This document shows positions 44,134-54,582 of a stretch of 64,000 nucleotides of DNA, one piece after another. A program made the position numbers and the translations under genes. The DNA comes from Liolophura sinensis (Eukaryota). The first letter of the stretch is position 1; every line of letters begins with the position of its first letter. The stretch covers positions 74,512,302-74,576,301 of the forward strand of contig NC_088300.1 in assembly GCF_032854445.1 (NCBI RefSeq). Reading direction: 5' to 3'. The notes below the pieces were generated by a model, which did no database searches, was not told the origin of the DNA, and was given only the letters and a program-made list of their open reading frames with translations.

Positions 44134-44727
44134 ATGGATGTAGAAAGAATGGCCGCACTGCTCAGAGAAAATTTACTTCTTCATGACGCCGCTCTCCGCA
44201 AAATTCAATTGCTCGGTATGTTCCCTTACTAAACTTGTACTTGCGTTCCATGAGTTTGTTTTAGGAGAATGCGCATGTTGTCTTAGCATTAACTGTATCT
44301 TATACCATTCTTTTATATTTTTTCAGAACAAAGACAAGAGGCTACTGAACGACGAATAAGAGCAGCAACATCCAACGGGCATACACCATGCCACGAACTG
44401 CTCCTTCTGCAGAAACACATTCTTGCCGATACCAAGGCCTTGTACCAGCATTACCGACAGGAGAAATGGGATGAAGTTCAACGCGTGGCAGCCAGAGTCT
44501 TACAAACCAGCCAGGAAGACAGCGACGATGAGGACATGGGGGAGGTATTAATAAGTGTCGATGATGATAATGATGATGATGATCAATATTTTGATGACGG
44601 TGACCACAATTCTGTTGACGACAGCCAATCTACCACTCATCCACAGGCCTTTGACAGCACCGCCATGCATAGTTTTTCCCGTTTTACACGAGATTTTTAC
44701 ATATCTTCAACTCGACAAGATAACTAA
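44134..44727 (+). CDS. Array gene copy 24, intact, D variant.
   Basis: Periodic copy with conserved signals. Confidence 0.6.
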
Positions 44728-46024
44728 ATTGTTATTTCACCAATGTCACGTTTTTCTTTCCATCATTCTTTCTCCATCGCACTGTGCTATGTATGGTTTA
44801 TTGGCCAAATAAAAAACTATTTTATCACCTGAATACAGTCCATACCTTTGCCTCATGTCTGTATTATATTGAAAAGAAACATACATGCCAATTTCTCACA
44901 AAACAGTTCTACTTCTCGTATCCGAAAATATCGTTTTATATATGGATGTTTTAACAAATTAACAACAAAACCTTACATCTTGTCACAACTCTGTCTTAAG
45001 TAGCACTGGAAAACGCCCAGAAAGACTATGTAATACAAAATCCTATCTCGGACAAGCACAGTTTGGGCCTAAACAACTGCAAATCTTATCGCACACATGT
45101 GTTGTGCCTGTTACGCTTCATACTTATCAAATTTTCACTTTTGCAAATTTCATTTAGCCGTACTGACGAATATCTAAATCATATTGGCTGAAAAGGGTTA
45201 GCCTCTGTTTAGTTCACATTACAACAATTAACGGGTACAATTTTCAAGTACTAGTAAAACTTACATAACCGCACTTGAAATATACAAAATCTGCATCACA
45301 ATTTTTGCACACAGTGAAATGTACCTGCATGCCAAACCTCCCCAGTAAAAGCCTTAAAAATCTTCTCTCTTCAACTTAGTCTGGCTGCACTACGGCGTTG
45401 TTCCATTCAACTTGCCTAAGCATATCCGATATTCTTTTCTGCGCTGTCTTTTTGTCACAAGTCAGGAAAAGACACATTGAGAACTGGAGGTGGTACTTGT
45501 AGCATTATAAACATACTTAATTTAAGAGTCCAATTCGACCGTTTTATGTAATGTGCCAAAATACACCTTACAAAGTACATGTATCAATTTGATTTACTTC
45601 TTCATATCAAACATCAAAGACTACCATCCAGCTGCTAAATCATTCTCTGAAAATCTAGTCCAGACAAAGAGAAATTACTTACCAATTATTTTTTAGAAGT
45701 GAGAAAAATTTTCTCTTCTGTGTAGGCCACCGGCCACGCAGCAGGGATCTGACTTCGGCAAATCATCATAGAAATAATGAAGATCCATGTTCACCGCATT
45801 TTTTTGAGAAGGTCTTCATCGTATGATTACCTTTCTCACAAGCACTAATCGTAACAAGTCGCTCACCTTCTAGGGCACAGGTCGCACAACATCAAACGGT
45901 TCTGTGAGAGTGAGTAGAAAATCTCTAGCATATATAAATCCTTTTTCAAACTTGCAGGTACCATATCCAATCTATCACACAGTCCAAGCATAGTCGACAA
46001 TAATTTCCATTGATTCAACTCAGA

Positions 46025-46618
46025 ATGGATGTAGAAAGAATGGCCGCACTGCTCAGAGAAAATTTACTTCTTCATGACGCCGCTCTCCGCAAAATTCAAT
46101 TGCTCGGTATGTTCCCTTACTAAACTTGTACTTGCGTTCCATAAGTTTGTTTTAGGAGAATGCGCATGTTGTCTTAGCATTAACTGTATCTTATACCATT
46201 CTTTTATATTTTTTCAGAACAAAGACAAGAGGCTACTGAACGACGAATAAGAGCAGCAACATCCAACGGGCATACACCATGCCACGAACTGCTCCTTCTG
46301 CAGAAACACATTCTTGCCGATACCAAGGCCTTGTACCAGCATTACCGACAGGAGAAATGGGACGAAGTTCAACGCGTGGCAGCCAGAGTCTTACAAACCA
46401 GCCAGGAAGACAGCGACGATGAGGACATGGGGGAGGTATTAATAAGTGTCGATGATGATAATGATGATGATGATCAATATTTTGATGACGGTGACCACAA
46501 TTCTGTTGACGACAGCCAATCTACCACTCATCCACAGGCCTTTGACAGCACCGCCATGCATAGTTTTTCCCGTTTTACACGAGATTTTTACATATCTTCA
46601 ACTCGACAAGATAACTAA
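46025..46618 (+). CDS. Array gene copy 25, intact, D variant. It is the last complete copy.
   Basis: ATG at 46025 checked. Stop at 46616-46618. AATAAA follows. Confidence 0.6.
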
Positions 46619-47442
46619 ATTGTTATTTCACCAATGTCACGTTTTTCTTTCCATCATTCTTTCTCCATCGCACTGTGCTATGTATGGTTTATTGGCCAAA
46701 TAAAAAACTATTTTATCACCTGAATACAGTCCATACCTTTGCCTCATGTCTGTATTATATTGAAAAGAAACATACATGCCAATTTCTCACAAAACAGTTC
46801 TGCTTCTCGTATCCGAAAATGTCGTTTTATATATGGATGTTTTAACAAATTAACAACAAAACCTTACATCTTGTCACAACTCTGTCTTAAGTAGCACTGG
46901 AAAACGCCCAGAAAGACTATGTAATACAAAATCCTATCTCGAACAAGCACAGTTTGGGCCTAAACAACTGCAAATCTTATCGCACACATGTGTTGTGCCG
47001 GTTACGCTTCATACTTATCAAATTTTCACTTTTGCAAATTTCATTTAGCCGTACTGACGAATATCTAAATCATATTGGCTGAAAAGAGTTAGCCTCTGTT
47101 TAGTTCACATTACAACAATTAACGGGTACAATTTTCAAGTACTAGTAAAACTTACATAACCGCACTTGAAATATACAAAATCTGCATCACCATTTTTGCA
47201 CACAGTGAAATGTACCTGCATGCCAAACCTCCCTAGTAAAAGCCTTAGAGATCTTCTCTCTTTAACTCAATCTGTCTGCACTACGGCGTTGTTCCATTCA
47301 ACTTGCCTAAGCATATCCGATGTTCTTTTCTGTGGTGTCTTTTTGTCACAAGTCAGGAAAAGACACATTGAGAACTGGAGGTGGTACTTGTAGCATTATA
47401 AACATACTTCATTTAAGAGTCCATTTCGACCGTTTTATGTAA

Positions 47443-47868
47443 CTATTTTATCACCTGAATACAGTCCATACCTTTGCCTCATGTCTGTATTATATTGAAA
47501 AGAAACATACATGCCAATTTCTCATAAAACAGTTCTGCTTCTCGTATCCGAAAATATCGTTTTATATATGGATGTTTTAACAAATTAACAACAAAACCTT
47601 ACATAATCTGCATCACCATTTTTGCGCACAGTGGAATGTACCTGCATGCCAAACCTCCCCAGTAAAAGCCTTAGAGATCTTCTCTCTTCAACTCAATCTG
47701 TCTGCACTACGGCGTTGTTCCATTCAACTTGCCTAAGCATATCCGATGTTCTTTTCTGTGCTGTCTTTTTGTCACAAGTCAGGAAAAGACACATTGAGAA
47801 CTGGAGGTGGTACTTGTAGCATTATAAACATACTTCATTTAAGAGTCCAATTCGACCGTTTTATGTAA
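47443..47868 (+). repeat. Rearranged partial-unit insertion of 426 bp near the array edge. A post-polyA segment is fused to a second copy of the spacer segment.
   Basis: Junctions are ttttatgtaa|ctattttatcacc at about 47440 and aaccttacat|aatctgcatcacc at about 47605. The final ATG at 48342 is 426 bp beyond the expected 47916. Confidence 0.6.
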
Positions 47869-48341
47869 TGTGCCAAAATACACCTTACAAAGTACATGTA
47901 TCAATTTGATTTACTTCTTCATATCAAACATCAAAGACTACCATCCAACTGCTAAATCATTCTCTGAAAATCTAGTCCAGACAAAGAGAAATTACTTACC
48001 AATTATTTTTTAGCAATCAGAAGAATTCTCTCTTCTGTGTAGGCCACCGGCCACGCAGCAGGGATTTGACTTTGGCAAAATATCATAGAAGTAATGAAGA
48101 TCCATGCTCACCGCATTTATTTGAGAAGGTCTTCATCGTATGATTACCTTTCTCACAAGCACTAATCGTAACAAGTCGCTCACCTTCTAGGGCACAGGTC
48201 GCACAACATCAAACGGTTCTGTGAGAGTGAGTAGAAAATCTCTAGCATATATAAATCCTTTTTCAAACTTGCAGGTACCATATCCAATCTATCACACAGT
48301 CCAAGCATAGTCGACAATAATTTCCATTGATTCAACTCAGA

Positions 48342-48642
48342 ATGGATGTAGAAAGAATGGCCGCACTGCTCAGAGAAAATTTACTTCTTCATGACGCCGC
48401 TCTCCGCAAAATTCAATTGCTCGGTATGTTCCCTTACTAAACTTGTACTTGCGTTCCATGAGTTTGTTTTAGGAGAATGCGCATGTTGTCTTAGCATTAA
48501 CCGTATCTTATATCATTCTTTTATATTTTTTCAGAACAAAGACAAGAGGCTACTGAACGACGAATAAGAGCAGCAACATCCAACGGGCATACACCATGCC
48601 ACGAACTGCTCCTTCTGCAGAAACACATTCTTGCCGATACCA
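48342..48642 (+). pseudogene. Truncated 26th copy. Exon 1 (48342-48423), the intron (48424-48534) and the first 108 nt of exon 2 are present. The copy is cut at ...GCCGATACCA by the (TA)n palindrome.
   Basis: Homology to the unit ends at 48642. The unit is more diverged than internal ones (ccgtatcttatatcattc). No stop or polyA signal belongs to the unit. Confidence 0.7.
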
Positions 48643-48777
<135 letters not shown>

Positions 48778-48805
48778 AAGAATCTGTACAATAGTAAACG
48801 TAAAA

Positions 48806-49934
48806 TGGAAACAAAATGAGAGATTAATAGAACTTAAATCATCTCTATGCAACAGGGGTTATCCGGAAGGATTAATTGACAAAGAAATTAGGACCGCTCA
48901 GAGTCATTCATTGGCCCTCTGAGAAAAAAACCTGACGAGAAAGTAATTCCATTTGTTTCAACACATAATCCCAATAATAACAACATCTTCCCAATCATTG
49001 TGAATACCTTACCAATTCTAAAAAACAGTGACAGGATGAAAGATGTTCTAGCCAAATCTAAGGTCAATAATAGCAAACGACAGGCTCCAAGCCTCAAAAA
49101 AAAATTTTAACTCGCGCTCACTTTTCACAAAAATCTGTGACTCCAACGGTCTCTAAATGCAATAAACCTAGATGTGGAGCATGCATACACATGTTAGAGT
49201 GAGTGAGTGCTTGGGGTTTAACGTCGTACTCAACAATTTTTCAGTCATATGACGACGAAGGAATCATTAGGGTGCATGCACGTGTAATTGTGCCTCCTTG
49301 TTGCAGGACGGATTTCCACCGCTCTTTTATTTAGTGCTGCATCACTGAGACGACTTACCGAAGGCAAGTAAGCCGCCCCGCCCGAGCCATTATACTGATA
49401 CGGGTCAACCAGTATTTGCACTATCCCCTTCATGCTGAACGCCAAGCGAGGAAGTTACAACTTCCTCTTTTAAAGTCTTAGGTGTGACTCGACCAAGGAT
49501 TGATCCTGGATCTACCGGTCCCGAAGCGGACGCTCTACCAACTGTGCTATCCGGGCCGGTTACACATGTTAGAAGGTTCAAACTTTCAGTTTGAGAGAGA
49601 AGATTCTTTGTTTAATGTAAAATTTGACATGTGCTGAACTGTAAAAAATGTTGTAAATGCACTTGTTTGCATGAGATGTGGCAAACAATATACTAGCCAG
49701 ACCTCAGATCTCCGCTCCAGAATGACGCTGCATCGAGAACATATCAACAACGAGGAATATTGTCATCTTCTAGTCAGCAAGCACATACGCCCATGCGCAC
49801 TGTCATTGAGTTCCTCCTTTAAAGTCTTTCAATTTTATAAAGTATTAGATGGAAATCAAGCCACCTTAGATGTAAAAGAAACTTTCTTCATAAATAAATA
49901 CAACCCATGTCTCAATGGTAGTCATCAGCCCTAA
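48806..49934 (+). mobile_element. Decayed GIY-YIG endonuclease-type ORF of the kind found in Penelope-like elements, possibly from a stand-alone GIY-YIG element. It has frameshifts and stops, is 5'-truncated at the palindrome, and is split by a SINE.
   Basis: Pieces read, with frameshifts between them, ...[27 protein letters not shown], then ...VIPFVSTHNPNN...SDRMKDVLAKSKV, then ...CNKPRCGACIHMLE (a Cys motif that precedes GIY-YIG in Penelope-like endonucleases). After the SINE it continues NVVNALVCMRCGKQYTSQTSDLRSRMTLHREH...LLVSKH...ETFFINKYNPCLNG. That matches the GIY-YIG consensus (V-Y..-C..C...YIGqT..l..R...H ... E.f.I.k..P.LN). Confidence 0.55.
49199..49560 (-). mobile_element. tRNA-derived SINE of about 362 bp inserted into the GIY-YIG remnant, flanked by 13-bp target-site duplications (TACACATGTTAGA at 49186-49198 and 49561-49573).
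   Basis: On the minus strand the 5' end reads GGCCCGGATAGCACAGTTGGTAGAGCGTCCGCTTCGGGACCGGTAGATCCAGGATCAATCCTTGGTCGAG. This is tRNA-like, with an A-box-like TAGCACAGTTGG and a B-box-like GGATCAATCC. The 3' tail is a short CTCA-type simple repeat. The direct repeats immediately flank the insert. Confidence 0.7.
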
Positions 49935-50393
49935 TATCGTATCTCATAATATCATGATATACCACATGCTTGTATAATTATGTTGATTATTTTTGTCAAG
50001 CCAGTCCACTTTTATTACTCATTGTATGTATATTACTCATTGTATTTGTACAAATATTATGTCACAGATTATCCACAGGGTCATCCATTCGATGCCAATA
50101 AAGACGCATCGTCACTAGTCGCCCTGCGGATAGACACTCTTAGGTACTTATTAATCTATTGTTCGCTACTTAACAGCTTTATACACGTACGACCTTGTTC
50201 CCAGCAACAATTTATCTATGTATTATGCCATGTAACTAAACCACTGCCTGTTTTGACATGTACATAACATGTTCCTTAGTTACACATATCCTATATAAAG
50301 ACCTCGGTGGACATTCATATTCATATTCCTTGAAAATAACATGAAGTTTGAAACTGCAGTTGGAATATAACAGAATGTAGAAAGTTAAGAAGG

Positions 50394-50459
50394 CGTTTTA
50401 TTATTTTTTTGCTATATATATATATATATATATATATATAGCAAAAAAATAATAAAACG
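50394..50459. repeat. Perfect 66-bp palindrome. The arm cgttttattatttttttgc is followed by (TA)14 and then the arm gcaaaaaaataataaaacg.
   Basis: The 19-bp arms are exact reverse complements around a 28-bp TA core. This could be a foldback or hairpin element, or a MITE end. Confidence 0.85.
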
Positions 50460-50486
50460 ATTAATAGAATTTAAATAATTTTATAT

Positions 50487-50575
50487 GCGTATAGCAGCTT
50501 GTAGAAGAGTAATTCAACACAGCAGTAAACACTGGTTTCACAATACCATGTGCGTAGCACAAAGCATTTCCCCTT
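50487..50575 (+). repeat. Dispersed repeat, copy A (unknown family).
   Basis: atagcagcttgtagaagagtaattcaacacagcagta...caataccatgtgcgtagcacaaag is about 85 percent identical to 52486-52660, which carries a roughly 90-bp insertion. Both minus-strand ORFs share ..LLNYSSTSCY.. Confidence 0.5.
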
Positions 50576-50737
50576 CTCTTAAAGGACATGGTATCAACGG
50601 GTGAATAACAAAATAACTTGTAACTTCTAATAAAGCAATACACATAAAAAACTTTCAAGCAAAGAGAAAATCGCTGACTGACTAGTACATAACTAAGTCC
50701 TTGTTCCATATTGGAGGCACCCAACTAATGGCTAAAT

Positions 50738-52020
50738 CTATCGATCTCCACTCCGCTTTGACAGAAGTGGAGTGGAATGAAAGGATGACAAATATTTTAC
50801 ATTCCACTTTTGTCCGTTTTCAGGAATATATGTATTCTGAACTATTCGTTTGCTTAGCCGGATTGGATCAGAAAACTTGCTCTGACCTTTTGGTACTCTC
50901 CATGGCCTTTTAAGACAACAACGAAAATCGCGAGTAGACACTCCTCTTCTCGCATCATAGTACTTCTTGCTTTTGGACTGACACGATTTTGCGCGCGTGT
51001 TACTAGCTTCTGCGAAGTGTAGAGTTGGCGGTGTAGTAATTATGTCTCGTATGTCAAGCACTGTGCGCATGTTTCAACCGTGGACATAATATGATGAATG
51101 GAGACTCGCGGGTGGGAGTATGGCGAGTAGCTCTGTACGAACATAAAAACTGGGTGACGGCAATTTTAACATTCAGTTTTGAAATCGAGCTGACTGAATA
51201 GCCTCTTTCAAAATCCGGATTTGTCATTCATTCGACAAGTTAGACGGTGCTTTACAGCTTTTTTGACATGAGTATCCATTTTCGGCCAACAATACAATCT
51301 CTGTTTAGTTTTGACAATGCCTTGGTGACTGGTATGGGCCAATTGCAGCACTTTTGGGTGTTGTTCGGCGGGAACGACAACTCGAATACGTCGGAAAATT
51401 ACATTGTTGTAACCTGACAGTTCGTCGAGTATCGGAAAGTAAGACAGTAGATGTACATTAACTTGTTTCTTTGTCTGAGGCCAACCGTCATGGATGTTGG
51501 AAATGAGTTTGCGACATGTCTCGTCGGATACCGCAGCATAACGGAATTCAGAAGCGGAAATGAACAATTTCTCAAACAGAGTCACAATCATCCTCATTGG
51601 GATGGGTAGAGGTATTTTGGGGTAGGCGCCATAACGCGTCAGCCACCTAATTCTGTGTACCCGGCTTGTGCGATACTGAATAATTATAATGCGTCAAACG
51701 GGAATTCCATCTGGCAGACGTATGGATCTGTGACCGTGACCTCTTGACGCAGCCATACCTAGTCAAAATCGGCATTGGTCCTTATTTCCTGGAACAGGTG
51801 CGTCGGTGATTGCTTGTACTAGTTCAGGGTTAGGGTCAATTCCCTGTGAATCTATCACATACTTCAGAATACCAAGTCGATCAGTATTGAACTGGCATTT
51901 CTCATTCAAGGTAACATTCGCATTCTTCAAACGCTGTAGTACTGCGCGCAAGTTGCGGTCATGCTCGGCTTGTGTTTTACCGTATACTATTATGTCAATG
52001 AACACCTTAACTCCCGGCAA
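50738..52020 (-). mobile_element. Ty3/gypsy-type LTR-retrotransposon pol remnant. It comprises an RT C-terminal segment (52020-51763), an integrase N-terminal HHCC zinc-finger region (51597-51208) and an integrase C-terminal region (51070-50738). RNase H and the DDE core are deleted.
   Basis: Minus-strand ORFs give three matches. The RT reads FIDIIVYGKTQAEHDRNLRAVLQRLKNANVTLNEKCQF...GILKYVIDSQGIDPNPELVQAI..PVPGNKDQCRF (YxDD-like ... KC.F motif). The integrase N-terminus reads DGWP...ELS...RRIRVVVP...HTSHQGIVKTKQRLYCWPKMDTHVKKAV..C (classic H-H-C-C integrase zinc finger). The C-terminus reads KKYYDARRGVSTRDF...KRPWRVPKGQSKFSDPIRLSKRIVQNTYIP (integrase C-terminus-like). The gaps between segments are too short for the missing domains. 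Confidence 0.6.
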
Positions 52021-52030
52021 ATATAATATA

Positions 52031-52140
52031 ATGGCTCGGGCAGGGCGCTTTACTTGCCTTCGGTAAGGCGGCTCAGTGAAGCAGCACTAGATAAAAGAGC
52101 GGTGGAAATCCGTCCTGCAAGAAGGAGGCACATTACATGC
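52031..52140 (+). mobile_element. Fragment of the same SINE family as 49199-49560, in opposite orientation and covering the central domain only.
   Basis: ggctcgggcagggcgctttacttgccttcggtaaggcggctcagtgaagcagcactagataaaagagcggtggaaatccgtcctgcaagaaggaggcacattacatgc matches the reverse complement of 49275-49390 at about 90 percent. Confidence 0.6.
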
Positions 52141-52485
52141 TGGCAAACCAAAGCAAACTGGCCTTTTCCTCCACAAGCTGCGCATTTCCTATGAAGAGCT
52201 GGGGATTTGGAGAAATTGGCAAGGTTTTTTGAGTGAGCCACATTTATAACACTTTCTGTCGGAGACATCGGGTTTCTTTGAATCCATAGATTTGGCATCG
52301 GTTGTGGACTATTTCTGTTTCAACTGACGTTTAGGTTTGAAGTTAACCTTGGCATATGTAGATTCTTTTTTACTGGCCGGTGAATGCTTCTGCCCGGAGA
52401 TGCAATCGATGATGCAACGGACAAAATGGTAGCCATCCACTATGAAAAACTGTCCAACAAGGTAATCGGGAATCCTCGTCGCCAA

Positions 52486-52660
52486 ATTATAGCAGCTTGT
52501 AGAAGAGTAATTCAACAAAGCAGTATATATTGGTTCCCAATACATGTACTGTATTGTTATCACGTCGTACGTCATAAAAAGGCGTATTCAGTGCCATACA
52601 CAATGACGTCATACTACATTGTTAACACAATACCATGTGCGTAGGACACAATAACCGGCA
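52486..52660 (+). repeat. Dispersed repeat, copy B (same family as 50487-50575).
   Basis: The shared blocks are atagcagcttgtagaagagtaattcaaca and caataccatgtgcgtag. Confidence 0.5.
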
Positions 52661-54582
52661 TTAAATATTTTTTTAAATTTGTTTTTTCAAGCCAATAAAG
52701 TTAAGTGAAACTTCGTCTTGACCCAGCTTCAGCACATCTCCATTATGGACAGAGAGATGGCTTCACGTTCACTCTAGCTTTCTAACGTCAAAAGTATTTT
52801 CCGTGTAATAGTTTAAGCAGTAGTCTATGGCAGATAAAAGTTGTGGACTTCGGCGATGAAGGCCCAAGTGATAAAAATAGTTTTCTCGGAACTGGACGTA
52901 CCGGGTAGTGGAAGAATATTTCTTCCAGTGCTTGAACTGTTGACAGGCGCTACAGTAGGCCTACTCTATAATTTACCCTGTTTAAATGGCTTAGCTACAG
53001 ATACACGGCCTGGTTCAGGTCGTATCCTCCGGAGGGGTGGTGCTGGTGACCCCAATTAAATGTTTACAAAACTACAATAGGATTGTTGTGCAACTAACTT
53101 CATGCTTAATTCTGAAACAAATGGAAATAAATCTAATCACCACTGAAGCTGATCTAGGCATTCGTCTGTCACTAGATTGTATGCTTAAGTTTTTTAACGG
53201 CGGCTTCTAAGATGAAAGCATTACTGAGCCAGATATCGAAGACGTCCGAGAAAAGCACGAGCCTCGGCCTGAACAGGGCGTTTCAATAATTTTACTGTAT
53301 TTTATAATAAAAAAAACATATTGCAAGAAAGAGGAAGGAGCAAACTTTAAATTCTTAAGCTGTAATAAATTCAGAGAGAAAAAAAAATAAATCATGAGAT
53401 TTAATTAATTTAAACGTGGTTCGGTGAGGTACCGTCTTCTCATTCCCATAATTTAGGTATCCCTAATGAATATTTGTTATTTAGAAACTGCTGACTAAAT
53501 GCTAAAATGAACGACAAAACATGCATTTGAGGAGATTAATGCGGTTTGTCAGAGACGGTGGTTGAATATTACACGGCTTGTAAATCGACCCATTTTACGT
53601 CTGTGGTGGTCCGTAAATGATGCAGACCTGCTCCACAAGACTTTGTGAAATGGTCCTTCACGTAACACGTGAATGCACGTAAATAAATAGTTGTAAACGA
53701 TCCCAAAATGCTGTTTTATGCGGTACTTCTGTGTTATCATATGTCATTTCATGGAGGGAATGGGTTAAGACGACGTCACAGGTTATACCAAGCGATCTGA
53801 TAGAAACGTATTTGATCTGATAAAATTCTCAAGATGGTTGCCTCGCGTCTTATCAGTCATTTGTGCAGTATTTTCATTTTGGTCAACATGTTGTTCCGTG
53901 AACTCTCAGGAAAATAATACAATATGATACTTTTTAGAAAGAGTATTCTGCTGTCGATTGAATTATGTTTTAGTCAGGTGGTCTTGTCCTTTAACACAGG
54001 CAATGCTAAGTGGTCTAGGCCTAAAACCGGGGCAGAGCTGCATATGAAGATCCGTAATTTCCCATTCACATCCAAATGTGCCACACAAACACAAACACAC
54101 GCTGACTGCTCTATAGAACCTACAAGGCATCGGCATTCATCTATGTTCTCGTCAACAACCAGCAGCTAGGCAGACGTGAAAATCGTGAGCTGTTTCATGC
54201 ATTTGGTAACGTACCGGTATGAAATCAAAGTACATCACGCGTGAAGATTTCACCTTATTTCCCCAACTTCAACTGTCACCCAATCTGAATGCAAACAATC
54301 ACTGAAAACATGTAGTCTTGAATTAGGGTACGGCTGCCAACCTCAGATTCGAACACGCAGCCTGCGAGCCTGACATTCTTTGATGAGAAGATTGTGGTTT
54401 CAAGCGACAGTTATATACATTACGCCCTATTAGCAGCAAGCTGCAGACTGTTTTGCTTTCTAAATGTCACAGTAAGTGCCGTACATGCCACTGGACCATT
54501 GTGGATTTGTAGTTTACAGCAAGTCCGTTTTCGTATTTCACAGCGTAGGTTTTTAATGAACCCGCAAGGTCACTTCAGGAAA

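Larger units (their letters stand above)
1..48642 (+). repeat. Tandem gene array with a 1891-bp unit and about 25.7 head-to-tail copies. Copies are more than 98 percent identical; one unit is 1892 bp because of a 1-bp insertion near 41471. The array continues upstream of the window.
   Basis: Features recur at exact 1891-bp spacing (ORF starts 946, 2837, 4728 ... 46331). The same TATA, ATG, GT...AG intron, stop and AATAAA appear in every unit. The first unit starts in mid-spacer at position 1. Homology ends at 48642, where a (TA)n palindrome begins. Confidence 0.97.

Noticed and set aside
1-48642. The possibility that the 1.9-kb array is an rRNA, 5S, snRNA, spliced-leader or histone repeat.
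   Set aside because: No 5S, U1 or U2 core motifs, SL-donor motifs or histone ORFs are present. The unit instead holds a TATA-driven, intron-containing protein ORF with AATAAA.
49245-49445. A 66-aa minus-strand ORF (MAFSMKGIVQ...).
   Set aside because: It lies entirely inside the SINE body and is a chance frame.
50701-50913. A 70-aa plus-strand ORF.
   Set aside because: It is antisense to the integrase C-terminal remnant of the retrotransposon. It has no motif and is of chance length in AT-rich sequence.
54280-54345. A GTTCGAATC B-box-like motif on the minus strand (gcgtgttcgaatctgagg), suggesting a tRNA.
   Set aside because: The flanking stems do not pair into a T-arm or acceptor stem. It is most likely a chance motif or a tiny SINE scrap.
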